From Candidatus Heimdallarchaeota archaeon (GTDB taxonomy: Archaea; Asgardarchaeota; Heimdallarchaeia; Heimdallarchaeales; Kariarchaeaceae), in contig JASBSB010000001.1 of the NCBI GenBank assembly GCA_030149205.1, forward strand, positions 393,142-457,141: 64,000 bases of DNA, given 5' to 3'. A program made the position numbers and the translations under genes. Below, in pieces: positions 9,782 to 19,982 of the stretch. Position 1 is the first letter of the stretch. Each line of letters opens with the position of its first letter. The notes under the pieces are model-generated. The model did not search any database and had not been told where the DNA came from. It saw only the letters and a list, made by a program, of their open reading frames with translations.

Positions 9782-12406
9782 CTAAATTATAGGGAAAAGT
9801 TCAATGTAATCATTCTGAGATGGACTAACATCCTTTTCTGAGACTGTAATACAAAGCCAACCGTTATCACGAACACCTATTCTAATTACCGGGTTCTCTA
9901 AATCTTTGGTGTCTACAATTAAAGGAAAGTCAAGGACTGGTTCGAAATCAAAAAACTCTGTTGTTAACAACTCAGTCTTTAATATATTTATATCATTTTC
10001 TTGAATTTTTGAGTAGTTTAACCTCTTGATCCATAAGTCCAAAATTAAGCTATGAAACTCAAAATTCTTTTTAACCTCAATTTTCTTTACTTCATTGTAA
10101 ATCCCTTCTTTCTCGTCAATTAACGGAAGAAGACTTAGCATTCCCGAAGATGCTGTGTTTGTTTGAATGGAATCTCCAGGATTTGAGATTATATTTTGGC
10201 CATTCCCAAAGATTCCAGCTCCAAGAGAAAGGTGGTTCTTGTTATCCTCAACAATTAATTTCACTTTTTTATCTAATAAATTGTAAATATATTCTTGAAA
10301 CAATGGCCAGTTTGCGCCTCCTCCAGAGAGAATAACTTGATTTAGCTTTTCGAGTTCAAAATTTTCTTCAGAAATTATCGCAAGTAAATCTCGCATTAAG
10401 AATTGTAATGCTATAAAAACTGAATTCTCTTCATCAATGATCACTTCTGATTTGTCTTTGGGTTCCCCAAGGATTTTAATTTTTAAAGGGCTTTCTGTGT
10501 ATTTTTCTTCAGTTAGTTCAAATTCTTTAGATAAGGTCTGTTTAATTTCTGAAAACACCTTGTAGTCGCAGTATGATCTATTTATGTTTAATTTTGAAAG
10601 ATGTGTCGAAATTTCATTGTCGTAAGAATTCATTCCTTTTCCTAATGAAAGAGACACGGAACTTATTGGAGCCTCTTCTACCCCTTCTAACAAACTATCA
10701 ATTTTTCTCTTTCTACTTTTATTGCTAGGAATATCAACCAATGAACCAGTAATATGAGTGTCTCCGAGGTCTAACACTATTGATTTGCCTTCCTCCTTGT
10801 ATGCACGAAAGGATGCCAAAGTTGAAGCTAAACTAGCTTCCAATCCATAGATTTGATTAAACCCAAATTCAGTGAGGAAGTTATGAAACCATCGTCTGTA
10901 TTCTACAGTGGTATGTTTCTCAAAGGTAAAAGTTGCAACTTGAACTGAATATTTTAACTCGGCTAAGATCCTTTTGATCACCTTTCTAAGAAAATCCTCA
11001 GTAGCCTTTCTTGGAGTTATTGTTAAATTTCTTACTCTAATACTATCTAAGGAGTCTTCTTGTATTAGTTGTTTTAAATTAAACATAGTTAGGTCACTGT
11101 TAACCACTTCAGAATTTTCCATTGAAATTTCGTCTCCAACTAAAAATTGGTCAGGGGTTATGTAGGATACTACAGTGGGTTGAACAATATGTAAAAGTTC
11201 ATGACCACAATCAGAGGGGACAATGGAAATTTTGGTTTCTGTATTCCCAAAATCTATCCCCAATGTGCAACACCCATGGGGTGTTCTTCCTTGGAGAGGT
11301 TCACTTTCCTTTATATCAAATACGTTAAAAGACCTACCGTGATGTAGATCTGTTAATAGTTTTAGTGTTTCTAGGATTCGTTTTTGAAGTCCAGATAGTG
11401 AACTTATCAGAGTCTGGAGTGAGTCATCAATTAAATGCGTATGTTGATTTAGTGGAATCAAAAACATCGCCAGGGTATCCATATCAACAGAATAATTTTG
11501 CCCCTTGCTTTTGATTGTTATATACAGACCATCCTCATCCATTAAGAACGAGGATACTGAATTTGCATGTGCAACAATTTCTGCAAGAAGGATTCCATTT
11601 GTGGAATAAACTGGGATATGAAGCTTTCCTGTGAAATTTGAATATCTAACTCTTTCATCATAAATTGCTAGATTTAGCTCCCTATCAACTAAATTAAACC
11701 TACCACGATCTACAAACTCCATATCAGGAATTCGATCAGGCCTTGTATATACTATTTGAGTGACATTTATTTCAACAAACTTTGATTGACGGTCAGCTTC
11801 TGATAAAAATTCAAACTCTCCGGTCTTTTTATCCTCTTTTGTTATTGCCAAATTTAGAATCCAAGAGACACCATCCCACCCATTTTCTCCTAGGTATTCA
11901 CTTAAAAGTTCGAAGAAGTAACGACTCTCTTTTGATTCTGGTCTCCAATCCTCTTTGTTGAGAATTTTCATTAATTCACTGACAAAGGGGAAAGGGTATT
12001 CTAAGACACTCTTCCAGAGAGTATTAAAATCTTTCTTACTCAGTAATTCAGCAATTGTTGGTTTTGAGACTCCAACATATCTTAATCTTTTTTTCTTAAA
12101 TAATTTTTCTGACAGTTTACCTGCCCTTTCGAATATCAAACTTCCCAGTGATGGGTCAAGAGTCTGTAAATAATGTTCAAGCTCTACAAGATCAGGATCA
12201 ATCTCCAGGAGTAAATCAATTTCATCAAGCATGACTAATGTCGCTGACAACGTTGATCGTTTGATCTTATCCCAGTTTGCTTCTATCGTTTCCTTTACAA
12301 ACGATTTGAGACTAGGGAGAGGGTGACTTATCCATAGGTCCAATACCTGTTCTCTTTTAAAAGATGGCAAAAATCTCTGTACGTGATCTAAAGCCAGCTT
12401 TCGCAC
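9782..12406 (-). CDS. large protein with central Hsp70/actin-superfamily (ASKHA) ATPase domain
   Basis: Phosphate-1-like LGIDFGNTETKISIV, phosphate-2-like IVLDLGDTHITGSLVD and adenosine-like VILSGGGANWPLFQEYIYNLL motifs in the order expected for Hsp70/MreB/actin-fold ATPases. They are flanked by ~350-aa N-terminal and ~110-aa C-terminal regions of unknown function. Confidence 0.6.
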   Translation of the reverse strand: MRKLALDHVQRFLPSFKREQVLDLWISHPLPSLKSFVKETIEANWDKIKRSTLSATLVMLDEIDLLLEIDPDLVELEHYLQTLDPSLGSLIFERAGKLSEKLFKKKRLRYVGVSKPTIAELLSKKDFNTLWKSVLEYPFPFVSELMKILNKEDWRPESKESRYFFELLSEYLGENGWDGVSWILNLAITKEDKKTGEFEFLSEADRQSKFVEINVTQIVYTRPDRIPDMEFVDRGRFNLVDRELNLAIYDERVRYSNFTGKLHIPVYSTNGILLAEIVAHANSVSSFLMDEDGLYITIKSKGQNYSVDMDTLAMFLIPLNQHTHLIDDSLQTLISSLSGLQKRILETLKLLTDLHHGRSFNVFDIKESEPLQGRTPHGCCTLGIDFGNTETKISIVPSDCGHELLHIVQPTVVSYITPDQFLVGDEISMENSEVVNSDLTMFNLKQLIQEDSLDSIRVRNLTITPRKATEDFLRKVIKRILAELKYSVQVATFTFEKHTTVEYRRWFHNFLTEFGFNQIYGLEASLASTLASFRAYKEEGKSIVLDLGDTHITGSLVDIPSNKSRKRKIDSLLEGVEEAPISSVSLSLGKGMNSYDNEISTHLSKLNINRSYCDYKVFSEIKQTLSKEFELTEEKYTESPLKIKILGEPKDKSEVIIDEENSVFIALQFLMRDLLAIISEENFELEKLNQVILSGGGANWPLFQEYIYNLLDKKVKLIVEDNKNHLSLGAGIFGNGQNIISNPGDSIQTNTASSGMLSLLPLIDEKEGIYNEVKKIEVKKNFEFHSLILDLWIKRLNYSKIQENDINILKTELLTTEFFDFEPVLDFPLIVDTKDLENPVIRIGVRDNGWLCITVSEKDVSPSQNDYIELFPII

Positions 12407-12693
12407 TTCATCAGACTCATGATGATCAATTATTTCAAATATTTGTACTAAAGTTGTCTCATTTTTGGATCTCAGCCAATCTTTAAAGAGGTCAGAGAAT
12501 GCGATTAATTCCTCTTCAGTTGGGTTCTCGATATATCTGGAGTTTAATAGTTCATAGGTTTCTGTTTGTTCTATCTTGCATCTCCTCTCTTATTTTGAAT
12601 AAATCAACAAAGACTCTTCTATCTAAATTTTAATTTGAGTTTAGAAAATAAAAACCCTTTTATGAACTGCAATACATTAGAGTACATCTAATA

Positions 12694-13491
12694 ATGATCA
12701 ATATTGGAACTACTGGATGGTCATACAATTTTTGGCGAAAGGACTTTTACCCTCGAGGAACTAAGGATTTATTGGAATACTATAGTAAGAACTCAAGCAT
12801 CACAGAGGTGAATTCAACTTTTTATCAAATTCCTTCTGAAAAAACGATTGAAAGATGGAAAAAAGTAACCCCTGATAAATTTAAATTTACGATTAAAATG
12901 TTAAAAGATTTAACTCACAGTAGGGCTGAAGAGGTTAATATCTCTTTACTTAGGAATTTTTGCCAACCTTTATTAAAATTAGATGAAAAATTAGACGGGA
13001 TTCTTATTCAATTTCCCTATTCCTTCGATTTTAATGATCAAAATGGGAAATATCTTAATGAACTAATAATGAGTATTGAGGACTTAATTCCCACAAATTT
13101 GTTTATTGAGATTCGTAATCCTACATGGACTAAGAACCTAATTTCAACTCAAAATTCATCGAAGAACTTATACTATGTTTTGACTTCAAAACTTCAGTAC
13201 CTTAATTTAAAGCCAGAACAAGATATTAATTATGTGAGAATCCTTGGATCTCATAAGGAATTTCCTGATAGATTACTTGGAACAAAACGGATAATTAGAG
13301 ATGATAAATTATTAGATTTTGCCAAGAATCTAATTCTTACCTTGAAAAACAAAGAGACAAGGATTTATGTAAACAACAGATTCTCAGGCAATGGGGCGAT
13401 AGATGCAAGAACATTGCATAAAATCTTTTCTAACATGGGATTGGAAGTCTCTGGGTTTGCCCCTGAGAAGACACTTGAAGATTTTTTTTAG
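12694..13491 (+). CDS. DUF72 (UPF0759) family protein
   Basis: N-terminus MINIGTTGWSYNFWRKDFYP...LEYYSKNSSITEVNSTFYQIPSEKTIERWKKVTPDKFKFTIK matches the DUF72 signature (GTSGWSY..W.g.FYP ... vEiNssFY..p...t...W...tP.gF.F..K). Confidence 0.7.
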   Translation: MINIGTTGWSYNFWRKDFYPRGTKDLLEYYSKNSSITEVNSTFYQIPSEKTIERWKKVTPDKFKFTIKMLKDLTHSRAEEVNISLLRNFCQPLLKLDEKLDGILIQFPYSFDFNDQNGKYLNELIMSIEDLIPTNLFIEIRNPTWTKNLISTQNSSKNLYYVLTSKLQYLNLKPEQDINYVRILGSHKEFPDRLLGTKRIIRDDKLLDFAKNLILTLKNKETRIYVNNRFSGNGAIDARTLHKIFSNMGLEVSGFAPEKTLEDFF

Positions 13492-13532
13492 ATTGCTAAA
13501 TTCATCTGAAAATTAAAGAATGGTCAGTTTTC

Positions 13533-14267
13533 ATGTATACTATGAATGAAATTGTGGTTATATTGAGTGGAGGAATAGACTCTACAACATTGCTTTGGTA
13601 TTTACAGGCTCAGGGATACATACTCAAAGAGGCATTAACATTTAACTATGGTCAACGACATTCTAAGGAACTTGTTTCAGCTAAATCTGTAGTGAAACAG
13701 TTTAATGACTCATTCGAACAAAATCTAATACATAGGATTATTGATATCTCTACTATAAAGGATCTGATAAGTGCGGGATCATTAACAGGTGATAAAAGTG
13801 TCCCGAAGGATTTTTATGACAAAGAATCGCAGAAAACCACAATAGTTCCAAATCGTAATGCAATTATGTTGTCTATTGCAGTGGGAAGAGCCGTAACAAT
13901 AAATGCAAGATATGTTGCTTATGCGGCTCATGCGAGTGATTATAGTGTTTACCCAGATTGTAGACCAGAATTTATAGATAAGTTTGATGAAGCAATGTAT
14001 CTTGGAAATCTGTGGACCCCCGTTAACATTCTTGCACCTTTCAAAACAATGAGCAAAACTCAGGTCGTAACAGAGGGATTAAAACTGAATATCCCCTATG
14101 AACTTACATGGAGCTGTTACGAAGGAAAAGAAAGCCCTTGCCTAGAATGTGGAACTTGTCTAGAAAGAACAGAGGCATTTTTGGAAAACCAGAAATCAGA
14201 CCCCTCTCTCACATCAGAACAGTGGGATAAGGCTCAAAAGTTATACAGAAAACATAAATCAGAATAA
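13533..14267 (+). CDS. queC: 7-cyano-7-deazaguanine synthase QueC
   Basis: PP-loop VVILSGGIDSTT, FNYGQRH motif and C-terminal zinc site CLECGTCLERTEAF, typical of QueC (preQ0 synthesis; the archaeosine/queuosine precursor pathway). Confidence 0.85.
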   Translation: MYTMNEIVVILSGGIDSTTLLWYLQAQGYILKEALTFNYGQRHSKELVSAKSVVKQFNDSFEQNLIHRIIDISTIKDLISAGSLTGDKSVPKDFYDKESQKTTIVPNRNAIMLSIAVGRAVTINARYVAYAAHASDYSVYPDCRPEFIDKFDEAMYLGNLWTPVNILAPFKTMSKTQVVTEGLKLNIPYELTWSCYEGKESPCLECGTCLERTEAFLENQKSDPSLTSEQWDKAQKLYRKHKSE

Positions 14268-14351
14268 CCAAGAAATTTAACGAATTGTACTCCTTTTGGG
14301 GGTAACAATTCACAATTATTTATATAACATCTTGATGTTCAATAGTTAGAG

Positions 14352-15137
14352 ATGGTAAGTACTGAAGAAACACCTAAGCTTCATTGGACAATATCGGTAT
14401 ACCCCTTCTATCTATTCATTATATTAGTTTCAATAGGTTTGAGATGGGTGATTGGATCAGCAGGAGTCAGTGGTGAACATGTTGCTCCAAATGTTCAAGG
14501 GATAGGATTTGGAGTAAGTCTTCTATTTCTTGGATTGAGCTCGTTTATTATTGGGATAGCCCTGACTGTTATCAACACAATTAAACCTCCTAAACAGCTA
14601 ATTTTTTTAAATGATTTTAAGGGAAATCTACAGAAATCCAGATTTAATCAGGAACTAATACGATTCGATGAAGAATCAACCAGCTTTGAGAAATATTTAT
14701 TTTTAGGAGGGTTAATCCTATTTCCTTTCACATTTTTAACAATCTCTTGGTTTCAGATTGCACTCGCAATTGTAGCGATTCTTTATTCCTTATACCATTT
14801 CAAGGAACGAAGATTATTAAGAGAAAAATTAAAGGCTTTTTTACCACAATATACCACACCAATCTCACTAAAATCACTTGCAAAACATTTCAAAACTAAC
14901 AGGGAAAAGCTGTATAACGAAATAATGAGCTTAGTTATTGATGAAAATTTTCCTGTATTTTTTGATTTGGAGCGAAAAGAAGTTAGCTATTCAGGAGTTG
15001 CAAACAACTCCCAGACAGTGATAGTTTCAGAGACTCAGGTCAAAGAAGTAGTCTGTGAATATTGTGGTGAAGTAAATAATATCCCCGGGGCTAAATTTTG
15101 CATCTCATGCGGAGTATCCCTTTATCCAGCAAAGTAG
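14352..15137 (+). CDS. membrane protein with C-terminal zinc-ribbon (hypothetical)
   Basis: Four predicted TM helices. C-terminal CEYCGEVNNIPGAKFCISCG zinc-ribbon motif. Confidence 0.4.
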   Translation: MVSTEETPKLHWTISVYPFYLFIILVSIGLRWVIGSAGVSGEHVAPNVQGIGFGVSLLFLGLSSFIIGIALTVINTIKPPKQLIFLNDFKGNLQKSRFNQELIRFDEESTSFEKYLFLGGLILFPFTFLTISWFQIALAIVAILYSLYHFKERRLLREKLKAFLPQYTTPISLKSLAKHFKTNREKLYNEIMSLVIDENFPVFFDLERKEVSYSGVANNSQTVIVSETQVKEVVCEYCGEVNNIPGAKFCISCGVSLYPAK

Positions 15138-16162
15138 TGGGGAATTGTATGAGTAGTCAAAAATTTGATGATGTGATTGACCTTCTAACGAGGATATCCA
15201 GTACTGGATTCACCCAGTTACAAGCAAAAGCTTACATCGCACTCCTTAAACTTGGTGAAGCATCTGGGTCTTCAGTTGCAAGTGAGTCCGGAATTAACAG
15301 ATCTAAGATTTATGATGTATTAAGTGATCTAGAGCATTTAAAAGCTGTTAAGAGAGTTTCACGTGATGGAAAAACTTACTACATCCCAACTCATCCCAAA
15401 GAAGTACTAGATGAGATTTTAAAAGATTTTAAGGCAAACATAGACAGGAGTGAAGAATCTCTCCTTAAACTTATGCAATCAGTCGAAGTAATTAACACTG
15501 AGATTGCTTACCTTACCCAAATTAACCTCAAAGACTTTAACATCAATGATTATAAAATCCTAATTTCTTCAAATACTCAATCACGTGGTGATTTTTTCAA
15601 TCAGCTAAGTAGAGATTTACGCCCATCAAAGGATGTTTTATTGATTGATTTAGGTTTATCTAAGGATAACAATTTGCTGATACTAATAAGTGAAGACAGG
15701 GGAATCATTTTTGATTCTCCTTTCGATTCTAAGATAAATAATGCACTTGTGTTAAATCATGAGAATTTTTCTCAGCTCCTCAGTGCTCTGGTAGTAGGTG
15801 ATTCAATACCGGACTTTCCAACAAAAGTTGTTGAAGAATTTGAAACAGGAAAACGTAAGATTCTGTATGCTGGAAAAAGCTCATTTATGTATTTTAAAAA
15901 CAGTGGAAATGTACTTCAAAGTGCATATGAAAGACCAATTCAATTTATAATATCAGATGAACATATTTCCTTTTTCTTTGAAGGATTAGAAGACCCCAAA
16001 ATCCCAATTAAAAATATTAACCATGTCAAACGTTCAAATGATGGAGAACTTACTTTCACGTTAAGAGGAATCTCAGATAAGTTTTTGGGGGAAGTCAGAT
16101 TCCGACCTTTACATTCATCCCTTCAAATTTATAATTTTTTGACTTTTGCATCCAAAATGTAG
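15098..16162 (+). CDS. TrmB-family transcriptional regulator (true start probably the ATG at 15149)
   Basis: N-terminal winged HTH GFTQLQAKAYIALLKLGEASGSSVASESGINRSKIYDVLSDLEHLKAV is characteristic of TrmB regulators, followed by a large C-terminal effector-type domain. The 5' 51 nt overlap the upstream gene, so the internal start at 15149 is more likely. Confidence 0.65.
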   Translation: MHLMRSIPLSSKVVGNCMSSQKFDDVIDLLTRISSTGFTQLQAKAYIALLKLGEASGSSVASESGINRSKIYDVLSDLEHLKAVKRVSRDGKTYYIPTHPKEVLDEILKDFKANIDRSEESLLKLMQSVEVINTEIAYLTQINLKDFNINDYKILISSNTQSRGDFFNQLSRDLRPSKDVLLIDLGLSKDNNLLILISEDRGIIFDSPFDSKINNALVLNHENFSQLLSALVVGDSIPDFPTKVVEEFETGKRKILYAGKSSFMYFKNSGNVLQSAYERPIQFIISDEHISFFFEGLEDPKIPIKNINHVKRSNDGELTFTLRGISDKFLGEVRFRPLHSSLQIYNFLTFASKM

Positions 16163-16163
16163 T

Positions 16164-16451
16164 CTATCCACCGTGGAGTATAGGAACAATTTTTACAAAG
16201 ATTTCAGTATTTTCATCTACTAGCTCTGACATTAGTCCGAGACTTTTTAATTCTCGATCATTGGATATATAAAGGATACCTGGAACCAGAGAGTTTTCTC
16301 TGATGCAGGTTTTCAATAGGCTAGGATATTTGGTTAATCCTAATTTAAGATATTCCAATAATGGTTTACTATTAACAATTTCCACAGAAATCTCTTCTGG
16401 ATCATTGATACCCCGAATAGATTTATGTATTTGTAAAATTAGTTTGCCCAC
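16164..16451 (-). CDS. Urm1-like ubiquitin-related modifier / sulfur-carrier beta-grasp protein ending in Gly-Gly
   Basis: The C-terminal half, PGILYISNDRELKSLGLMSELVDENTEIFVKIVPILHGG, parallels Urm1 (PGIi.lINDtDwEl.G....L.dgD.I.f.stLHGG), including the terminal HGG. Confidence 0.5.
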   Translation of the reverse strand: MGKLILQIHKSIRGINDPEEISVEIVNSKPLLEYLKLGLTKYPSLLKTCIRENSLVPGILYISNDRELKSLGLMSELVDENTEIFVKIVPILHGG

Positions 16452-16483
16452 AATATTCCTTTGATTACCATAATCAAAAATAT

Positions 16484-16984
16484 TTATGTTGAGAACTGAG
16501 GTATAAGGAGTTTAACTTGTTCAAGTTGAATTTGGGGATAATCTTCTGTAAGACTCTCTTGGGTTATCCATCTCACTCCTCGACCAGGTATTTTTTGTTT
16601 TATTAGATAAGACATTTCGCTTAATCTTGTAAGATACTGTGTCAGATGTGACTTTTCAATATATAAATCGTAATTATCTTTTGCAAAGGTTTCGATCCAA
16701 TCCCTATGGATATCAGTAGTATCTAAAATTGTATTTGGGGCATATTGGTTTGCTAAGAACAGACCAACTCTTTCCCTCTTAGAAGAATTCCAAATTTCTT
16801 CCATAGTCCTCTTTTTCAGATGATTAATTTTCGCTTTGTCTTCCTTTACTGGCTCTTTTAATTTTTCAGTTTGTGTCAGAGACCCAACTAAAGCTGAAAG
16901 TTGCTCAGGTGAAAGAGATTTTAACATGGCTTTATCTATCTCTACTATTGTACCATCAGGTTTGGTTACCTTCATACCCGCCAT
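16484..16984 (-). CDS. hypothetical protein (166 aa), co-directional with Urm1-like gene
   Basis: Intact ORF 32 nt upstream of the Urm1-like gene on the same strand. No recognisable motif. Confidence 0.4.
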   Translation of the reverse strand: MAGMKVTKPDGTIVEIDKAMLKSLSPEQLSALVGSLTQTEKLKEPVKEDKAKINHLKKRTMEEIWNSSKRERVGLFLANQYAPNTILDTTDIHRDWIETFAKDNYDLYIEKSHLTQYLTRLSEMSYLIKQKIPGRGVRWITQESLTEDYPQIQLEQVKLLIPQFST

Positions 16985-17044
16985 GTGTAATATTCATTAA
17001 GTAAATTGATTAATAAACTTACATATTACATGGTGAATTACATA

Positions 17045-18601
17045 TCACATTGGAATGTTTGAGTGCTTTCTTGGCGGTAAATGTTCTCGCTTTGTTAAGG
17101 TTAGTTCAAGAGCTTTAATTAAAGTGTCTCTGGTTTGGGAAGGATCAATAACCCCGTCAATCAAGCCTAATTTTGCCGCGATGTAGGGATTTGCAAATTG
17201 TTCCTCATATTTTTTAATTAACTCTTCACGTTTTTTATCTGGCTTTGAAGCATCTTTTATCTCCTTCTTAAAAATGATATTTGCTGCTCCTGATGCCCCC
17301 ATAACTGCTATTTCAGCTGTAGGCCAAGCAAAGACCTGATCAGCCCCAGAGTGTCTGCTTCCTAAAACATCATAAGCTCCTCCATAATCTTTTCTCACAA
17401 TTACTGTAAGTTTGGGTACTGTTGCCTCACAATAGGCAAACAGGAGTTTGGCTCCATGCCGGATTATCCCTCTAAACTCTTGATCTGAACCTGGAAGGAA
17501 TCCTGGAACATCAACTAAAGTTATAACAGGGATATTAAACGAATCACAGAATCTTATGAATCTACCCGCTTTATCAGATGCATCGATATCAAGAGTACCA
17601 GCCATTACTTGAGGTTGGTTAGCTATTATTCCAACTGAATATCCATCTAAACGGGCAAATCCAATAATGATGTTTTTTGCAAATTCTCTGTGAACCTCAA
17701 AGAATGAATTTTCGTCTACAATCCCTTTTATTATATCATGCATATCGTAAGTTTTGTTGGATTCCTCTGGTAGGAGATTTACTAAATAATCATCTGAAAT
17801 TTTTGGAGGAATTGAAAATACACGTTTGACTGTTGAGAGATTATTAGATGGGATATAGCTTAACAACTTTTTAAGTATAAGAAAAGCTTCTTCTTCGTCT
17901 TTCGCTCTAAAATGCGCTACCCCACTAGTTTCAGTGTGAGTATGGGATCCTCCAAGCTTTTCAAAACTAATTGATTCACCAGTAACAGATTTCACAACGT
18001 CTGGACCTGTGATAAACATATAACTCGTTTTGTCAACCATTATAACAAAGTCAGTAAGGGCTGGTGAGTACACTGCTCCACCTGCACACGGACCCATAAT
18101 TACCGAAATTTGGGGTACTACACCAGATGCAATAACATTAGCCCTGAAGATTTTTCCATATCCCGCAAGTGATGCAACACCTTCTTGAATCCTAGCTCCA
18201 CCAGAGTCGTTTAATCCAATGATAGGGACACCGTTCTGTAATCCTAATTTCATTACCTTTAAAATTTTCTCAGCATGCATTTCTCCCAGTGCTCCTCCAA
18301 AAACTGTGAAATCTTGGGCAAATATTACAATGTTATTATTAGCAATCTTACCGTATCCAGTTAATACCCCATCTCCAAGAATTTTCTTTTTTGATAAGCC
18401 AAAACTCTCAGTTCTATGAACCACAAATTTATCATTCTCAACAAATGAATCTTTATCCAGTAATCCCAACACTCTCTCTCTAGCCGTCATTTTTCCCTTA
18501 TTATGTTGATTATTGACTTTTATCTCTCCTCCAGCAATCTCTGCTTTATCATTGTATTCTTGAAACTTATGAAATTTGTCTATCTTTGTCATTAAAACCA
18601 T
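17045..18601 (-). CDS. pccB: acyl-CoA carboxylase carboxyltransferase subunit (propionyl-CoA carboxylase beta chain / methylmalonyl-CoA carboxyltransferase 12S-like)
   Basis: Full-length (518 aa) match to the carboxyltransferase fold: MTARERVLGLLDKDSF, GGARIQEGV, tandem crotonase-like halves and an MGASGAANIIF segment. Confidence 0.8.
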   Translation of the reverse strand: MVLMTKIDKFHKFQEYNDKAEIAGGEIKVNNQHNKGKMTARERVLGLLDKDSFVENDKFVVHRTESFGLSKKKILGDGVLTGYGKIANNNIVIFAQDFTVFGGALGEMHAEKILKVMKLGLQNGVPIIGLNDSGGARIQEGVASLAGYGKIFRANVIASGVVPQISVIMGPCAGGAVYSPALTDFVIMVDKTSYMFITGPDVVKSVTGESISFEKLGGSHTHTETSGVAHFRAKDEEEAFLILKKLLSYIPSNNLSTVKRVFSIPPKISDDYLVNLLPEESNKTYDMHDIIKGIVDENSFFEVHREFAKNIIIGFARLDGYSVGIIANQPQVMAGTLDIDASDKAGRFIRFCDSFNIPVITLVDVPGFLPGSDQEFRGIIRHGAKLLFAYCEATVPKLTVIVRKDYGGAYDVLGSRHSGADQVFAWPTAEIAVMGASGAANIIFKKEIKDASKPDKKREELIKKYEEQFANPYIAAKLGLIDGVIDPSQTRDTLIKALELTLTKREHLPPRKHSNIPM

Positions 18602-18687
18602 AAATAGGATAAATTATTTAATATAATCAATTGATACTAATTTTATTTTATAGATTTAATTTGTAACTTCTGCTTTGGTCAATTAAT

Positions 18688-19854
18688 TTAGAATTTTCTC
18701 TTCTTGATTACTAAGACTAACATACCTACTCCAAACGCTGCCAAAATTGACAGAATTGAAAGTGGTGATCTTGCTACCGTAGTGGTATAGTCAATGTAAG
18801 TTCCAGCTAAAGTGAACTCTAGACCTTGTAAGCTTGCTCCTACACCTGAGAAGTAAGCCACATTTGAGGATTGACCTGCATCTGAATTAACTAAAGATGA
18901 GGTTTGGAATCCTTGAGGATCTAGGGTTAATATTCCAAAGTAATTTGAACCAGTTCCTTTGCTAAATTTGAAATGGGATGTAAATGAAGTTCCAGTCATT
19001 GCATGTACTCCTAGATCATCGACATACATATTGAAACCGGGAGCTGAAGTTGTTCCATTCAAAAATGTAGCATTAAAGGCTAAAGTTCCAGAAGTGTTAA
19101 AGGCACCTCCAACTTCGATTCCTTTTGCATTTTGAATATCACTTGGATTTACAGTGTCACCAGCTCCAATAGAAGTCTTACCGTATCCAAAAGTTAAGTT
19201 TTGATAAGGAGCATTAAAATTAGTTGCAGCAAAATCCAACGGATACTTTGCAGATGAATTATATGTGTCAACTGCTTTCAAATTTGTTGGAATCCCAATT
19301 AAGTTTGGAGCAAATTCAAAACCAGTAATTGATGTCCTCACACGCACATAGATGGTATCATATGCCAGAGTGTAGGATCCAGTTCCATTAAAGGCCACAT
19401 AAAGGACGCTAATAAAGCTATCCCCTTGACTTAAAGGTACTGTAACACCACTTGAGCCATATTCTGAACCAGAATTGACATACTTGATCAGGTTATTTGT
19501 AATAACAAAAATTTGACCAGCTGTGTCCTTTCCTTTTACCTTTACGACACCAGAGTAATCGAATTTAACTACACCAATGGTGACATCTTGAGTGGCAATA
19601 ATGTCATAAGTTGTCAATCCATTTACTTTTATTGGGGCTGGGTGATAAGCTCCTTCCGTAACGGAAGAATTTCCAAAAAAGTAAATCGAAACACCAAAAC
19701 TTCTTGTGGTGTTCACAAACGAATTGGGACGTAAATCAACAGGGCTTGTCTTTGCCTGTTCAGCCACTGTCAAATTAACAGTTGCTGACAAAGAAATTGA
19801 GACTATTAACGTCACAATCATTAACCAGGTTATACTTTTCTTGCGGATGTTCAT
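18688..19854 (-). CDS. secreted, C-terminally membrane-anchored surface (glyco)protein
   Basis: N-terminal signal/TM (ITWLMIVTLIVSISLSA). A beta-rich S/T/N/G-rich body with many N-x-S/T sequons. C-terminal hydrophobic anchor followed by KKRKF. Confidence 0.5.
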   Translation of the reverse strand: MNIRKKSITWLMIVTLIVSISLSATVNLTVAEQAKTSPVDLRPNSFVNTTRSFGVSIYFFGNSSVTEGAYHPAPIKVNGLTTYDIIATQDVTIGVVKFDYSGVVKVKGKDTAGQIFVITNNLIKYVNSGSEYGSSGVTVPLSQGDSFISVLYVAFNGTGSYTLAYDTIYVRVRTSITGFEFAPNLIGIPTNLKAVDTYNSSAKYPLDFAATNFNAPYQNLTFGYGKTSIGAGDTVNPSDIQNAKGIEVGGAFNTSGTLAFNATFLNGTTSAPGFNMYVDDLGVHAMTGTSFTSHFKFSKGTGSNYFGILTLDPQGFQTSSLVNSDAGQSSNVAYFSGVGASLQGLEFTLAGTYIDYTTTVARSPLSILSILAAFGVGMLVLVIKKRKF

Positions 19855-19982
19855 GTTATCCTAATTCGATTGCTCATCTAGAAGTATTTATACCTATGGC
19901 AATTTAATGAATAATTGTGAACTTTATTTTAGGAAATTCCGTAAGTTGGTGCTAGTTTAGTATAAAAAATTACGATATTTAC

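Noticed and set aside
12407-12693. Divergent promoter region between the ASKHA-ATPase gene and the DUF72 gene
   Set aside because: The region is AT-rich with several A/T runs. However, no single BRE/TATA element could be placed confidently at about -26 of either start by eye, so no promoter feature is reported.
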